A stretch of DNA of 63,972 nt, filler included, from Blastocystis sp. subtype 4 (lineage: Eukaryota): the NCBI RefSeq assembly GCF_000743755.1. It is 6 parts of 6 records of this genome, joined end to end, with 100 filler letters (N's around TTAATTAATTAA, not from the genome) between each part and the next. Parts side by side here need not be neighbours in the genome. Positions count along the whole stretch, not along the records: positions 22,129 to 32,939 come from NW_014569229.1; positions 33,040 to 43,815 come from NW_014569228.1; 4 more parts are not named here. One strand, given 5' to 3'. The notes beneath the pieces are model-generated. The model was not told where the DNA came from, searched no databases, and worked only from the letters and a program-made list of their open reading frames with translations. Both the position numbers and the translations under genes were made by a program. Within the stretch, counting starts at the first letter, position 1; every line of letters starts with the position of its first letter. This document shows positions 24,117 to 36,662 of this stretch, piece after piece.

Positions 24117-25260
24117 CTAACAACATTTCTTTTTATTCCCTTGTGTATTGTTGCCCATCGGTAGACTTGTAACACGTTCTGAACCAGCATCCATCACCTT
24201 TACACCATCCTTCTCTCCCAGTTGCATCTGACCTGATTTGATACGGTTGATAATCTCTCGCGCAGTCATTACAAATACATTATCCACATTGTATCCTGTT
24301 TTTGCCGAAGTCTCTAAGAACAGCAAACCATTCTCCTTAGCAAAGGCTTCACCATCGGCTGTGGACACAACCTTGTCTTCATTACGAACATCATTCTTAT
24401 TTCTATCACTCACTTTGTCTCTTTTCACCTACCCAACTAGCGTAATTACTATATTCGGATTGGTACTATTGCACTGAACTGCAGATAACCACGACTGAAG
24501 TTTCTCGTAGGATTGGAGATTGGTCATATCATATACTAGAATGGCAGCAGCCGCTTCACGATAATATGCGCGAGTGATGGCTTGGAAATCTTCTTGTCCT
24601 GCTGTATCCCAAATCTGGAGTTTCACATTCTCACCATCAATGTTAAGAGACGACGAGCCAAAGTCAACTCCAATCGTAGGACCCACACTTGCCGAAAACT
24701 TTCGATCCGTAAACTGTAACAGAAGGCAGGATTTGCCTACAGACATACTACCAACGATGATAAAGCGCATAACATATTTGGCAGGACCATCAGCTGGTCT
24801 AACCTGAGATGGCCTGGCTACGGTTTTAGATGTCTCTTCTGCAACATAAGCTTCTGGAACTGAGAGAGGAACAGTAGGTGTAGATACAACAGTAGGGGTT
24901 GTCTCCACTTCTGTATGAGGCTTCTCAGCAATAGTACTCGAAGGTTTTGGTACAACAACAGGGACAGTCTCTAGAAGATAATAAAAAGTGGCAAAAGATA
25001 ATACCTTGGATCTTTGGTGGAACAAAGGGCTCTCCATCCACAGCAAAGTAAACCTTGTCGCCATCTTCCAATTCTGCAACACTCGTAATCTCCCCTCCAA
25101 ACTCATTGTATACAACCGATTTTGATCCCTGAGGCCGATTCACCTTCAGTGATACCTTGTACACCACTTGATCCCAGGATTCGGTTTTTGAGATGTATAG
25201 ACTACTATTACCCATTTCTGGTTCTCCGTTGATATAGCATTTCACTTCAATCTTGTTCAT
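24117..25260 (-). CDS. Rab GTPase (Rab2/4/14-like) with N-terminal doublecortin-like domain
   Basis: GSMSVGKS, PTIGVDF, WDTAGQE, ITRAYYR, VGNKND (spliced), ETSAK, terminal CC; N-terminal ~85-aa DCX-like domain and Pro/Thr linker. Confidence 0.88.
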
Positions 25261-25375
25261 TCTTGAGGAAAACAACAAATGAAGAAGCGAATTTGGGCAG
25301 GACAATCGCGGGAATGTGTTTTGTGTTTCTTAGAGAAAACTTGCTTTTTAAGAATAGGATTTGAAATTATATTAG

Positions 25376-25448
25376 GTCGGGTTGGTGTAGTGGCTATCAC
25401 GCTCGCTTCACACGCGAGAGGTCGCGGGTTCAATCCCCGCATCCGATA
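25376..25448 (+). tRNA. tRNA-Val: tRNA-Val (anticodon CAC)
   Basis: Cloverleaf: acceptor GTCGGGT/ATCCGAT, anticodon arm CTCGC-TTCACAC-GCGAG, T arm GCGGG-TTCAATC-CCCGC; T-rich Pol III terminator follows. Confidence 0.96.
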
Positions 25449-25480
25449 CTTTTCTTTTTCTTTCCTTGAACAAACAATAC

Positions 25481-26867
25481 AGTCTGTATGATTGGAGCAA
25501 TACATCACGAAGGCTTGAAGCCTTTCAAAATACTCTCTTGAATTATTAGACACAATATCATTATGATGCGCTTCAGGTACCCACCTATATCAGATTCTCT
25601 TATTATCTCCTACCAGGGGTCATATGTACTTTGTGTGAGACAATATAATTGTTTTCCTGCTTTAAATGGAACAATCTTATCATTCATTCCATGGATATGA
25701 AACACAGGACACTACAATTCACAATCTTCTCCTTTTCTCACATCAATTAGTTTAGCTGTCTCCTTATTGTTAAAGGATCACAACAACAGAGGTAATCAGT
25801 TCGTACCATCTGTTTGCCAGAGAGCAAAGCGCTATGCAAAATAACTCCCCCAATCCGCAGCCGTTCCATTTCAAACTGCCGACACCCATCTTGATATATC
25901 TCCTTCACAACCTGCGAGGTTGGAAGGGATGCTGCTCCCGGTTCCAGCGAAGCACCTGATTGGAACTCCGGCTGAGAAATGGATGATGGAAGACTCGTAG
26001 GAACAGACCACTTCGAGTGGAATGGAGATTTGGTAGGTGGTACGAAGTGAGATACAGGATAATCATCCTGAATCACAGACTCATCCGAAGAGTCCCGAGA
26101 GGAATCCAAATATTCAATTAAACCGGATTCTGAAGAATCTCTACTGTGAAGAAGGTAATCTGTTTGTTGTGAGAAAGGAGGAGGATGACGTCTCCGCTGT
26201 TCTTGTGTTCGCTGTCTAGAATTCACCAGACAGAGATTCTTTCCGCTGCAAAGCTTTGCTGCTAGTCTACAAGTTGGTACACTCCCAACTACATGTTAGA
26301 GAGATATTCCAAATATACTGCTCTCTCCATAGAGGAAAATGTGATCTGATGGATAAATACCTAAGGCATACTTAAACACTTCTTCTAGATCGCGACACAT
26401 TGAGACCTCACTATAGCAGCCATCACTATAACCATATCCCTCATAATCGTAGACAAGAACATCAACAGAAAGATGAGAAGAGATTTGCATACAACGACGT
26501 AACATTCCTCCACAATCCGTTGCATTGGCATGACTGTATATGATAACACCTCTGAACTTCAGCAATATAATAGAACAATACTTATTTTGCGGTTGCTTGA
26601 TATGCATACAACAGATAGAAATATCAGAAGTTATAGAGAGATAGAAAATAAACACGTTCTCAGGAATGCGAAAGGCCTGCTCACGAACATAGACTTGCCC
26701 CACAAATCGGCCAGCCACACTATCTACTATATCTAACTGATAACCATACATGAAATGTAGCTACATGTACAAGGACACGGTGGTTTAAAGGTTACATCAT
26801 TAATCACGTCCATACAATTACATTTCCTTGTAAGCAAAGCAGATAGGAAGGAAAAGACGTTACCCAT
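25481..26867 (-). CDS. ABHD17-like alpha/beta hydrolase (depalmitoylase family), multi-exon; stop probably completed by poly(A)
   Basis: MGN + Cys N-terminus, TFKPP, IIYSHANATDCG, YDYEGYGYSDG, IFLYGES, GGVILHS, HGMNDKIVPF, WVPEAHHND; Ser-rich insertion. Confidence 0.88.
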
Positions 26868-27049
26868 ATTGAGATGGGTAAAAAAGGAAAGATGCAAAAC
26901 AATTATACATGTTTGTGTTAAACGTGACTATCACTGGAAAGATAGCTATAACTGTCAGTTAAAGTTGATAGTGAGTATGGTTAGACTAGGATCAACATGG
27001 AATGTAAGGACCTTTCGTTACCAAATTGTAATTCTACAAACAACACTAA

Positions 27050-29225
27050 CTACACTTTTGGCATAAGAAAAGGAATGTTTAGAATTCCTCCAGCAGCAAG
27101 CACATTTAAGAGCATACTCACAAGATACAGAGATATCAAGTAAATACCAAACTTCTTTGTATATGTATATTTCTGAAGTGGTACTACCTAACTGTAATTG
27201 ACTGACTCCAACCCTACAATGAGAGTACTAAAAAGAGTAACAAGTAGGAAAATAAACGTTAAGTTTATCACTTCTGTATCTTCTCCCAACGATATTCCAC
27301 TTCTACACATCATTCATATCTCTTTCTTATACGGATCCTCTGCATATCGAATTGACAGAGCAACACCTAAACCTACAAGCAGACTAAACATCGGAGAAGC
27401 ATATATACCTCCGATAGCCATCTGGGGATATCCTTGCTTGGTAATGGTTACATCACCCACCAAATCACTAATACTGTTCCCTACAGCGAGAATAGTGAGA
27501 CCCATTACGAACGGCTGAATGCCAGCGATACAACCGAGGGCATTCATCAATGATACCAGCTCGTCAGCAATCTCCTCCACCCACATGATCGACATAAAGA
27601 AGGCGATAAACAAAACCACAAAGAACATCCACCCTGAAGGAGGATGTTCCCAAGGTGTGAGACACTCGAAAAATAGAAACAACAACGGAATAGCGATGAG
27701 AAGAACTAACCAACAGGGCACTCCAAACATGCTATCCGTCCAGGCTTTCTCTGACTTGTAGAACAGGAACAGAGGAATACCAAAGGATGTGAGAAGGAGA
27801 TGGAACTTATTATAACGCTCTTCCATAACCACGGGAATGGTAGCATTTCGTAGAATAGTCATTGGTGCTTCAATCCAATAAATGATCTTCCAATACCATG
27901 ATAACTTCTTATAATACTCCACTTCATTCTTCACATAGCTTTTGAACAAAGACCATTTCTCATTCTCTTTCGGGACCTCAGGCTCATCCTCAGCCACTGT
28001 AAGGAGATTGGTCATCTCAGAGAGTGTTTGAGGATACGCCTGATCCAGAGAGGGATTAATCTTATCAATAGATTTGTACCTCTCAGGGAGAATGGGATGA
28101 CTAACATCATCCTCCTAGCATGATAGACCTATAGAACCCCTACATCGTCGAGTTCATCCATCACCATCTCCTTCACCATGTGTCGCACGCTATACATGGG
28201 CTCCGACATTACCTTCACCTTGGCTGTGACCGACAGACCTGTAGTACCAACAATCTCATCCACATCATCTGAATCTCATAAGGATAATAAATAATACTTT
28301 GAGTAAGCAATACCTCTGCCGATCCATTTCTACTCAGCGTTTCGATATCATCATAAACATCACTGGACTGCTTCCTGAAGATGATCACAATCTATTTGTC
28401 ATGCTTCAATCAAGTCTCTACAGCCACATAAATAAGGTAAATAACGATAAAGCCGATGATCTCCCACAAATGAATCTTATGGTCGAAAAACACAATTGCA
28501 GTGTAAATGGTCGAAACAATATAGGTGACGATATCACGATAAAATGATAAAGGATTCACTTTACAATCACTCATGAAAGCAACAACTCCTGTAATCACAG
28601 TTGTAATGAATAAGCCAGCACCCAGGTTTGAACCCATCCCGATATGACTATGTCCTCCAATAACAGCGGTCATTAAAGCAAATACATCAGGTCCTCCATT
28701 ACCGAAAGACAAAAACGTAACACCAGCAATACTAGGTGGAATTCCCATTTTCTCAACCATATCCGTCAGTGTAACGCAAAAATACCGATCTGCAGTTGTT
28801 GCCAAAATGTAGATAATGAAAGCCAAAAGTAGAAACCAACAAACAATGAACACGGGCCGCTGCCAACCATGAGCAACGCATTCCTGGAGATAACTAATAT
28901 TAAGCAACAATGTTGAACTTACAGGTAATTAAACATACCAGCCTGGTCTTCGCAAGCAACTTCGGAACAGTTAAACCGTTCCTAGTAATTAAGGCAAAAC
29001 AACTGTCGATACCATGATATCCCAAGCGCAGGTATCATTGTCATATGTAGATAGTGTATCACTAAGGAAAATACTAGTTTCTAATTGTTCTGTCGACAAT
29101 CGATGAAGCTTCACTACACATCACTACCTCAGTTGAGAAAAACTTGTAGCACCCGAAATTGCAACAATGACAGCTAGCAGAGCCACCGACTGGACCGCTT
29201 TCGAGACAAAACGACTAGTTGGCAT
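27050..29225 (-). CDS. Cation/Ca2+ exchanger (CCX/NCLX family), multi-exon
   Basis: alpha1 repeat AGVTFLSFGNGGPDVF and alpha2 repeat GLTILAVGNSISDLVGD; multiple TM segments. Confidence 0.92.
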
Positions 29226-29478
29226 CTTTTTATACAGAAAGAGAAACGTCGAATCGCATTCAATCCGCCATCCAATCATATTCCGTGAACAAAAACACAT
29301 GAATAATGAAATATCAAGTGTGTAATTGAAGTATGGAGTCGTTCGTTGGCTTTCCTATTCGGTTGAGAATATCAAAGAAGAGTATTCAGTTAATGGGGGA
29401 TAGATGCACCAGACACCACGTTTGGAGAGAGAACAACAGTTGGTCGTGTGAAAGAAGACTGTTCAAAGAATCAAAGAG

Positions 29479-30746
29479 ATGCTTACTTGGAGACTTCGTA
29501 GTGGTCTGTGCGTCCGGATCGCCAAGTTCTCTTATACTAGACGATTGAGTACCTCAACACGACTTGTTTTGGGGATTGAATCAAGTTGTGACGATTCGTG
29601 TGCGGCAGTTGTTTCTAGCAAAGGAAGCATTCTTTCTTCTTTCCAATTATCGCAAGAGAAACAGAATCAGCAAAACCGTGGTGTCATTCCTTCGGAGGCA
29701 GCCAAAACACATCGAAAGAATCTTCCAATTGTCGTAGAAAAAGCGTTGGGTTCAATTTATGGTGAAATCGATGCTGTCGCCTTGACCATTGGCCCAGGGA
29801 TTGCTCCTTGTTTGGGAGAGGGTCTTTTATTTGCTCAATCATTCTGTCAGAAAAGGAAATTACCATTGGTCCTTGTAAATCATATGGAAGGACATGCTAT
29901 GGCAGCTACAATGAAAGTGTGCAAATCAAAATGTTGATTATTTCTAGAATGACGTGCCATTTCCATCGATTGCATTCTTAGTTTCAGGTGGAAATACCGA
30001 AACCATTCTCTGCAAAGGAAGTGATCAACCATTTATAAAGCTTGGAAACACATTGGATGATGCTTGTGGGGAGTGTATGGATAAGGTATTTCGCTATATC
30101 TATGAGAACATACCCAATGTGTTTCCACCAAATGAGGTTATCAAACATGGAGGTGCTCAGATCTCAAATTGGGCATATAGCTATGAAAATCTGATGAAGA
30201 AGGCCCACTCTAATGATGTATGGATCAAGCGAAATAGAATTCACTTCCCTACTCCGTTATCTAGCCAAAAGAATTGCAATTTTTCCTTTTCTGGAATCAA
30301 AACATACTCCATTCGGTATTTGGAGAGGGAGATGAAGGAGGGTCGCTTTGATTATGAGCAGGTATTACGATTTAGTTTCTATTTTGAGCGAGCTATTGTC
30401 AACCATCTGATTCGAAAGCTCACATTCACTATTCAATCGCATCCATCTATCCAATCCATCGTTATAATTCTGCATTGGAATAACTCATAGTGTTGTGGAG
30501 GTGGAGTAATGAGCAATCGGTTACTGCAACAACGAGTGAAAGAAGTTGGTGAACTGAGTTCTTTACCTGTGTTCATTCCACCAAGAGAGTCCAGAATTGA
30601 AATTTTCATCACCTCTAGATTGTGTACTGATAATGCAATTATGATTGCATGGCGTGGTCAGCAACTTTTGGATCAGAATCGAAGTATTGTTCCTTTTGAC
30701 AAAGTTATGGACGTACGTTATAATGATCGATTGGATTTTGTGAACT
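29479..30746 (+). CDS. OSGEPL1: Mitochondrial tRNA t6A threonylcarbamoyltransferase (OSGEPL1/Qri7/TsaD-like); stop probably completed by poly(A)
   Basis: Presequence-like N-terminus; VLGIESSCDDS, TIGPG, VNHMEGH, LVSGGNT, GNTLDDACGECMDK, FSFSGIKT, LCTDNAIMIAW. Confidence 0.93.
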
Positions 30747-30829
30747 CAAATGTTTGTTCCTTAAGACGAAAATAGTTCCGATTTGTGTCAATACCATTGT
30801 TTTCAAAAGTCTCTAGAGAGTTAGACACG

Positions 30830-32789
30830 ATGAGTTGGAATGATGTAAGCCACTTGGATCTTGACTGTAACCACATAGTTGTTCTCAGGTGCCGAGAACG
30901 TGATAGAAGAGGACATGGACGAGTTCGAATAATGAATTGATGTTATGGAATGTAGATTCTTGAATAGTGTGGATGAAATTTGTTCGGAGATGGAGAATCT
31001 CCTACGTGATGAAGTCAAGGTAGATCATTTGAAACAAAGCAAAGAACTCGCAGGATTATTCTTTAGGGATACTGAAACCATTCACAAACTCTTCAAGTAT
31101 GTCACTCCTCTTTGATCCGAGTATAGTTATATTCTACGCGAAGAAGGCTGTGACGAAGAATCTACATTTTACATTTCGAAGGTTGCTTCAGAACTTGTGA
31201 GAGAGTTTCCTGATACACAAAAGGAGCTTATCGTCAATGACAAGTCTCTAATGAGACGAACGCTCTCACTGATCGATGATGAGCATTTTTCACCTCAGTA
31301 AGTATAGTCGAAGTGTTTTCCATTTAGCAATGCCTTGTGTTTTTCAAATATCATGATAGGATTATGCAATTTGTCTACGCCATCTTTTGTGGAGTATCTC
31401 CGTGCTCACAATAACATCCTTCTGTACTTTTACAAGCACTTTGATTCTCTTCATCTCTGTGACGTTTTAGCACATCTCCTAATGCTTCAGGATGGTTTGA
31501 ATAGCTTCTTGGGTTCATTCTAGAGAATGGCAGTTGGGTTGGTGATTTTGTGCCTCTTATTCATGCGTTACTGGATTCATTTAAGGTCTATGAAGCATCT
31601 GACAACATCGCTTTCCTCCTCAATTGCGTTTTTGAACCTGAAGAACTTGAAACGTCCATTCCATGTATCGGCTTGATTTTTAGTTTCTCAGATACTATGA
31701 ACGGAGGTTATTTCATTCGTGCCTTCCTTGAGTCTTCCTATTTCGCCGAGCAGATTACAGAGGCTATCACTTCTCTATCTACGCTGCGTGATATGATTCC
31801 TTCGGTGGGATACTCAGAGTCACCCTATCAGCTCACTGACTGCTTTATCTCTCATCTCTTCGTCTTCCTACGTCGTCTGCTACTCAGTCGATGGGAAGGA
31901 GGTATCCTTATAGGATCTAACTTACAAATAGAGAGAAGTGTGTTACAAGCGGACGATGTTTATCAGTACCTCGTTCAGAAACATGCTACCCAGCCTGTGA
32001 TTGCTTGTGACTGGGAACTGATTGGAGGACTCGCCTCCAGACTAGCGATACTTTGGGATCCCCTAATAGAGGCTCTTACTGCACTCTCGGAGGGGGAGCC
32101 CCAACATGTGTGTCCTTTAGCTCTGATTGATGGCTTCCATTTGGTTCAGACCTGGCTCCTCAATCCTCATGTGCAGAAGGAATGGCCTACTTCTTCGGAG
32201 GATGTGATCCGTGTGGAGGCTGCATTAGCTCGCAGTATTCAACGATTCCCGTGGAATTCGAAGCTCCACAGTATGGCGAAACGCTTTTATCGAGCTGTGA
32301 TCGAGGAGAAGAACATGAAATGGACTGAGGGTGGGTGTGTCGAATTGGGATGAATTGTAGCCATTGCAGAAAATGGTCTTGTTTTTACCATTGCATCAGA
32401 ATGTAAAGATGTACTTGTGAACTGTGCTGCTGAACACTAGAAGCACCTCCCCGCCTATGGAGCACTACAAAATATCTGTTTGCGTTGTGATAAACTGACT
32501 CAGAAGGAGTGTGGAGCGAAGTTGGTAGAAGGCAAAGCATATCAGAAGATGATGGATGCGATTTCGCTTCAAGAAATCAAGAAACCTCTACGTGCAATTG
32601 ATGTACTGATATGGAGGAGAAGTAATGGATAGTTGGAACGTAATCCAGTCATAAATATCTCTGCTCAGTTAAATAGTTTGCCAATGGATGCTTTGGCGAT
32701 GTTGATGTCAGGAGGTGATATAAATGAGATTGTTCGTCGCTTGATGTATGGAGATGTGGAAGATGATGGAGGTGAAGAAGTCAATTTGT
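30830..32789 (+). CDS. Helical-repeat protein, weakly SAPS/PP6-regulatory-subunit-like; stop probably completed by poly(A)
   Basis: Multi-exon; KLFKYI..SKVASEL, FYKHFDS..DVL..LL and RFPWNSKLH resemble SAPS motifs (weak). Confidence 0.5.
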
Positions 32790-32850
32790 TATGTGTTTGT
32801 TGGTATGAAAGACTGTGGGAGGGTTGTTGGACACCTCTGGAACAAACACT

Positions 32851-32939
32851 TCAACAACTATCTCTGAATGCCTTTACAGCTAACTCAAAGAGTGTTTTCA
32901 CCTCTCGATTGTTTGGGTCTTCTGCTAAGGCTCGTTCAT
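32851..32939 (-). CDS. 3' end of a TPR-like gene (partial)
   Basis: ERALAEDPNNREVKTLFELAVKAFRDSC*, then TGTTTGTT 5 nt after the stop T. Confidence 0.5.
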
Positions 32940-33039
32940 NNNNNNNNNNNNNNNNNNNNNNNNNNNNNNNNNNNNNNNNNNNNTTAATTAATTAANNNNN
33001 NNNNNNNNNNNNNNNNNNNNNNNNNNNNNNNNNNNNNNN
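32940..33039. other. Artificial contig linker
   Basis: 44 N + TTAATTAATTAA + 44 N. Confidence 0.98.
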
Positions 33040-33571
33040 TTTCCCAGTTGCTGAGCCTATTCGTGTGATTGTGAATCTGAAGAACACAGGTGTAGCTGTG
33101 TACAATATTACCAACTGCATGGGATCTCTGAACGATGCAAACAACTTTGCTGTGTATCACCAGAATGTAGAACTGTAACTGAAGTGTAATGGTTAGTTCA
33201 CAGAGCGTAACTTCAATTCTACTCTGTATCCTGGCTATGAGATGAACTTCTTGTATGTGTTTGGTCTGTACAACTTCATCGACCCTCAGGAGTATCAGAT
33301 GGCTCTGACAATCTTCTACGAGACTGATAGTGACTACTATGCTACAACGTTTTTCAATGAGACTGTGGAGGTGGTTGACCATAGCAGTGTATGGGATATT
33401 CGATTGTAAGGAATGACGAGGGTATTGATTGATAGGATCTCCATTGTTGCGATGTTGGTGGTGGGTGTGATGTTCCTGTTCAACTATTGCTCTGCTTCCA
33501 AGAAGCCCGTGAAGAATACCAAGTCTGTGGAGAAGTCTGACTTCTTGCCGAAGGATAAGAAGAAGAACTAA
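33040..33571 (+). CDS. SSR1: Translocon-associated protein alpha, 5'-truncated copy
   Basis: FPVAEPIRVIVNLKN..GSL..QNFT..TIFY..ATTFFNETVEVVD, TM helix, basic tail; near-identical to 55025-55581. Confidence 0.8.
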
Positions 33572-33635
33572 GTGTGGTTAGAGTGTTTGTTAAGAATCAT
33601 CTATTTGATCGTTTATCGAATTCCAACAAATACAA

Positions 33636-34997
33636 TCACACTTTTGAGTTACCAAAATCGAAACGCACCTTCTTCTTGTTGTTCTCAATACCTAAATACT
33701 CTTTTCGTTGTTTTGAACAACTTCCTCCATGATAAACCTCATCCAAAACAACAATTGCTAATAATGACAAAAATCCAATCATGATGAAATAGAAATCTGC
33801 TGGAATTGGAAATTGATTATAGATCAGCTCATATGACATAGCCAACCGTTTTCCCGCTTTACAGATCTGTGTTTTCAGGATCCCTTGAATGTACTCCATT
33901 TGTTCATCTGTCAGAATACTCATTACATTTACAGACTATTCTTGATATATCTCCTCATTTATACATCATAAATTGATTTTCCTTTCTCATAGCTCTCTTT
34001 TGACCACTGATATGGATCGAACTCAAATCCTTGAAAATACAAACTGATGTTGAATGAAATTCACAGTCCTACTCATCACAAGCAGAAGCAAATTCTTTAG
34101 CCTTGTTATTGATTTCATCAAAGCGCTCATCCGTCTATATATGATTCTTATCATACATTTTTACAAATGGCAAGGTAGGCGTGTCACTACAAAGACCACC
34201 AGCAGCATCAGTTAGGACATGCAATTTCTGTGTAATTGTATTATTCTCTTTGTCTTCTAACTGAATCATGAACTGCTGACCATCTAGAAAACAAGAACTA
34301 TAAACACATCGACTTGTGTCACCTGTAGGGAATTTGTTATCATACAATTCAATATTATGAAGAGGTTGATGAATGTCACCAACAAGATGAATGAAGTAAC
34401 GAAGCTTCATCGACTACAGTCCAATCGAGACCAAAGTCATACTTCATCCATTGTGACTGCATTCTGATTGATATCCTTGATGAGACTCTTTAACTTCATA
34501 ATCACATTCTCTTCAGTTGTATCCTCTCTTCCAGAAATTCCATCCTGCAATTTCATTCTACGATACAACAAAGTACACGATAGTAAGGAGTACGGATATA
34601 ATGCCATGAGGCGGTATAGTTAAACTCACTCTGCTTTTTTATTTCATCTGCCCAACATGCCTATCAATCAAGAACTTAAATCATAGTAACAGAATCTAAA
34701 TAAGAAGCCGTAGACTATTCGATTATTCAAAATATACAATATATACTGGATACTGTGGACCTATCAATTCGGCTATAGTACGCACCTTTTCCTGAACAGT
34801 GAATGAAGATACGTAAATCTCACCATAGATTGTTTATTCGCATAGTTCTCTGCAATTTTTGCAATAATAGCATGTTCAATGTCTATGTAGACAATGATCT
34901 CAGCAATTCTCATCCTACTATGCCATGCTTCTGCCTCTGAGATGACCAATAAAATGAAAACACTAATCACTCCAAAATAGGAGTGGCTTCTCATCAT
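33636..34997 (-). CDS. S1/P1 family nuclease with signal peptide and C-terminal TM anchor, multi-exon
   Basis: Signal peptide, then WHNIEH (spliced), WADEIK, WHY, LRYFIHLVGDIHQPLH, KLH, AGKRLA; hydrophobic FYFIMIGFLSLLAIVVL. Confidence 0.88.
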
Positions 34998-35254
34998 CAA
35001 AACAATAATGGACCTTTATATCTGATACTCTAATGATGGGTAAATGGATTGTATATATCTATTGACAACAGATTCTTTTATAATTCTGTATTCTTGGGTA
35101 ATGGAAGATACTATGATTCAGTTGTACTAAAACCTCTTCAAGAAATAACATACGTTATAGGGAGATTGTCAAGAATATAAAATTGGTATCGAAGCATTTC
35201 AAACGTTCATGTTTCAAACAAGACAACTAAATAATCCTATTATCGGTAAAGTAA

Positions 35255-36573
35255 CTAGGCTTCACTTCCTTCCTCTACACGTTCCTCTTCAGAGATATCA
35301 TCTTCAGAATCGTCACTCTCAACAGCAACATCACTCTCTTCAATAGCACTTCCCCTTTCCTCTCCGTCACTCTCCTTTTCCTCTCCGTCACTCTCTCTCT
35401 CACTCTCTCTCTCACTCTCTCTCTCTTCCTTCGCAAACACAGCCACCTGCTCTTCACTCGAAAACAACACACAGTTCAACCGCTGTCGCAAATAGATACG
35501 ATGCAACTGCTGACGTGTTGCCATATCATACACACGCATAATCCGATCTAAACCCACCGTAGCCAAGTACTTTCCCGTAGCATGAATAGCAATATCTCGA
35601 ATACTACCTGTAGCTCCCTTGTAAACTCCCATCATCCGAAGCGTACGCAGATCCACACCAGTCACACGACCTGTGGTGTCACCTGTGATGAGCACACGGT
35701 CATCAGGAGATACACTACATCGCGTGAATGGCCTCTCACCCAACTCAATCGACTGAATCGGACGACGCTGAGCTCGTGTATCATACAGACGAATGTGATG
35801 GTGTCCTGTTACAACAGCCAATTTGAACGTTGACGCAGAACTGGAGAGGAACTAGGGTCAAGAATTAGAAGCACATCTACTTGCATATCCGAGACCCAGA
35901 CGGGAACCCGAAGTGATAAAAAGTCGTGAGGAACGTTACGAGCTGTAAAGATGGATTCTTGCTTTTCCAGATCGAAGAGACAAAGATCATTCTCTCGTCC
36001 TCCATATGCGAATACTAGAGTTACAATAAAGCAATACGAAATACCATTGGAATTATAAGGACAAGTTCGCATACTGGATACAGGTGATTTGACCTCAAAC
36101 TAAACATGAAGATATAACAGAAAATCTACATTGTTTACACACTCATCTTCATTCCAATTATAGAGATACACCGATCCCTCCTCATTACAAACAACAATCT
36201 TTCGAGTACTATATATCAATATTAACAGACAATTCAGTACTCCTCTCCTCGGAGAACACCTAATCCCTTTGCAGTACCCTCTATTCCAGAATACTCCTTC
36301 ACAATTTCCGTTTTATCAACATCCCAAATTTGAATAGTTCCATTTCTAGGAAGTCAATACGAGAATCAACAAATAACCCTTTAGCCACAGCAACTTCATC
36401 TTCTTCACTCCCTTCCACACCAGCCCATGCCATTCGCTCAATTGAATTACTGCGTGTCTGTGTTCCCCAACGCTGCTACGAATTATTCACCATTTACAAT
36501 CATTTACAATTCGTTTGTTCTCAATCAATACCTGCTTGATTAACCCAGTCTCATCTCCTGCAATAATCCTCAT
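35255..36573 (-). CDS. WDR74: WDR74/Nsa1 ribosome biogenesis WD40 protein, multi-exon
   Basis: MRIIAGDETGL, GGRENDL, ARNVPHDFLSLRVPVW, IRLYDTRAQRRP, GSIRDI, GLDR; acidic tail. Confidence 0.93.
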
Positions 36574-36587
36574 GGCGGAGATTAAGA

Positions 36588-36647
36588 TGGCTTGTTTCAA
36601 CGAGGGCGTTTCACTAATCAACAAAACGCCCTCGTTGAAACAAGCCA
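36588..36647. repeat. Perfect 24-bp inverted repeat with 12-nt spacer in a bidirectional promoter
   Basis: TGGCTTGTTTCAACGAGGGCGTTT (36588-36611) is the exact reverse complement of AAACGCCCTCGTTGAAACAAGCCA (36624-36647). Confidence 0.95.
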
Positions 36648-36662
36648 AAAAAGCAGAGAATC

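Noticed and set aside
25257..25553. ORFs overlapping the tRNA
   Set aside because: The plus-strand ORF is spurious; the minus-strand ORF is real only down to 25481.
32633..33382. ORFs running into or across N-runs (also 21882-22076, 54649-54843, 54840-55049)
   Set aside because: Their ends are created by the linker, and several are antisense shadows of real genes.
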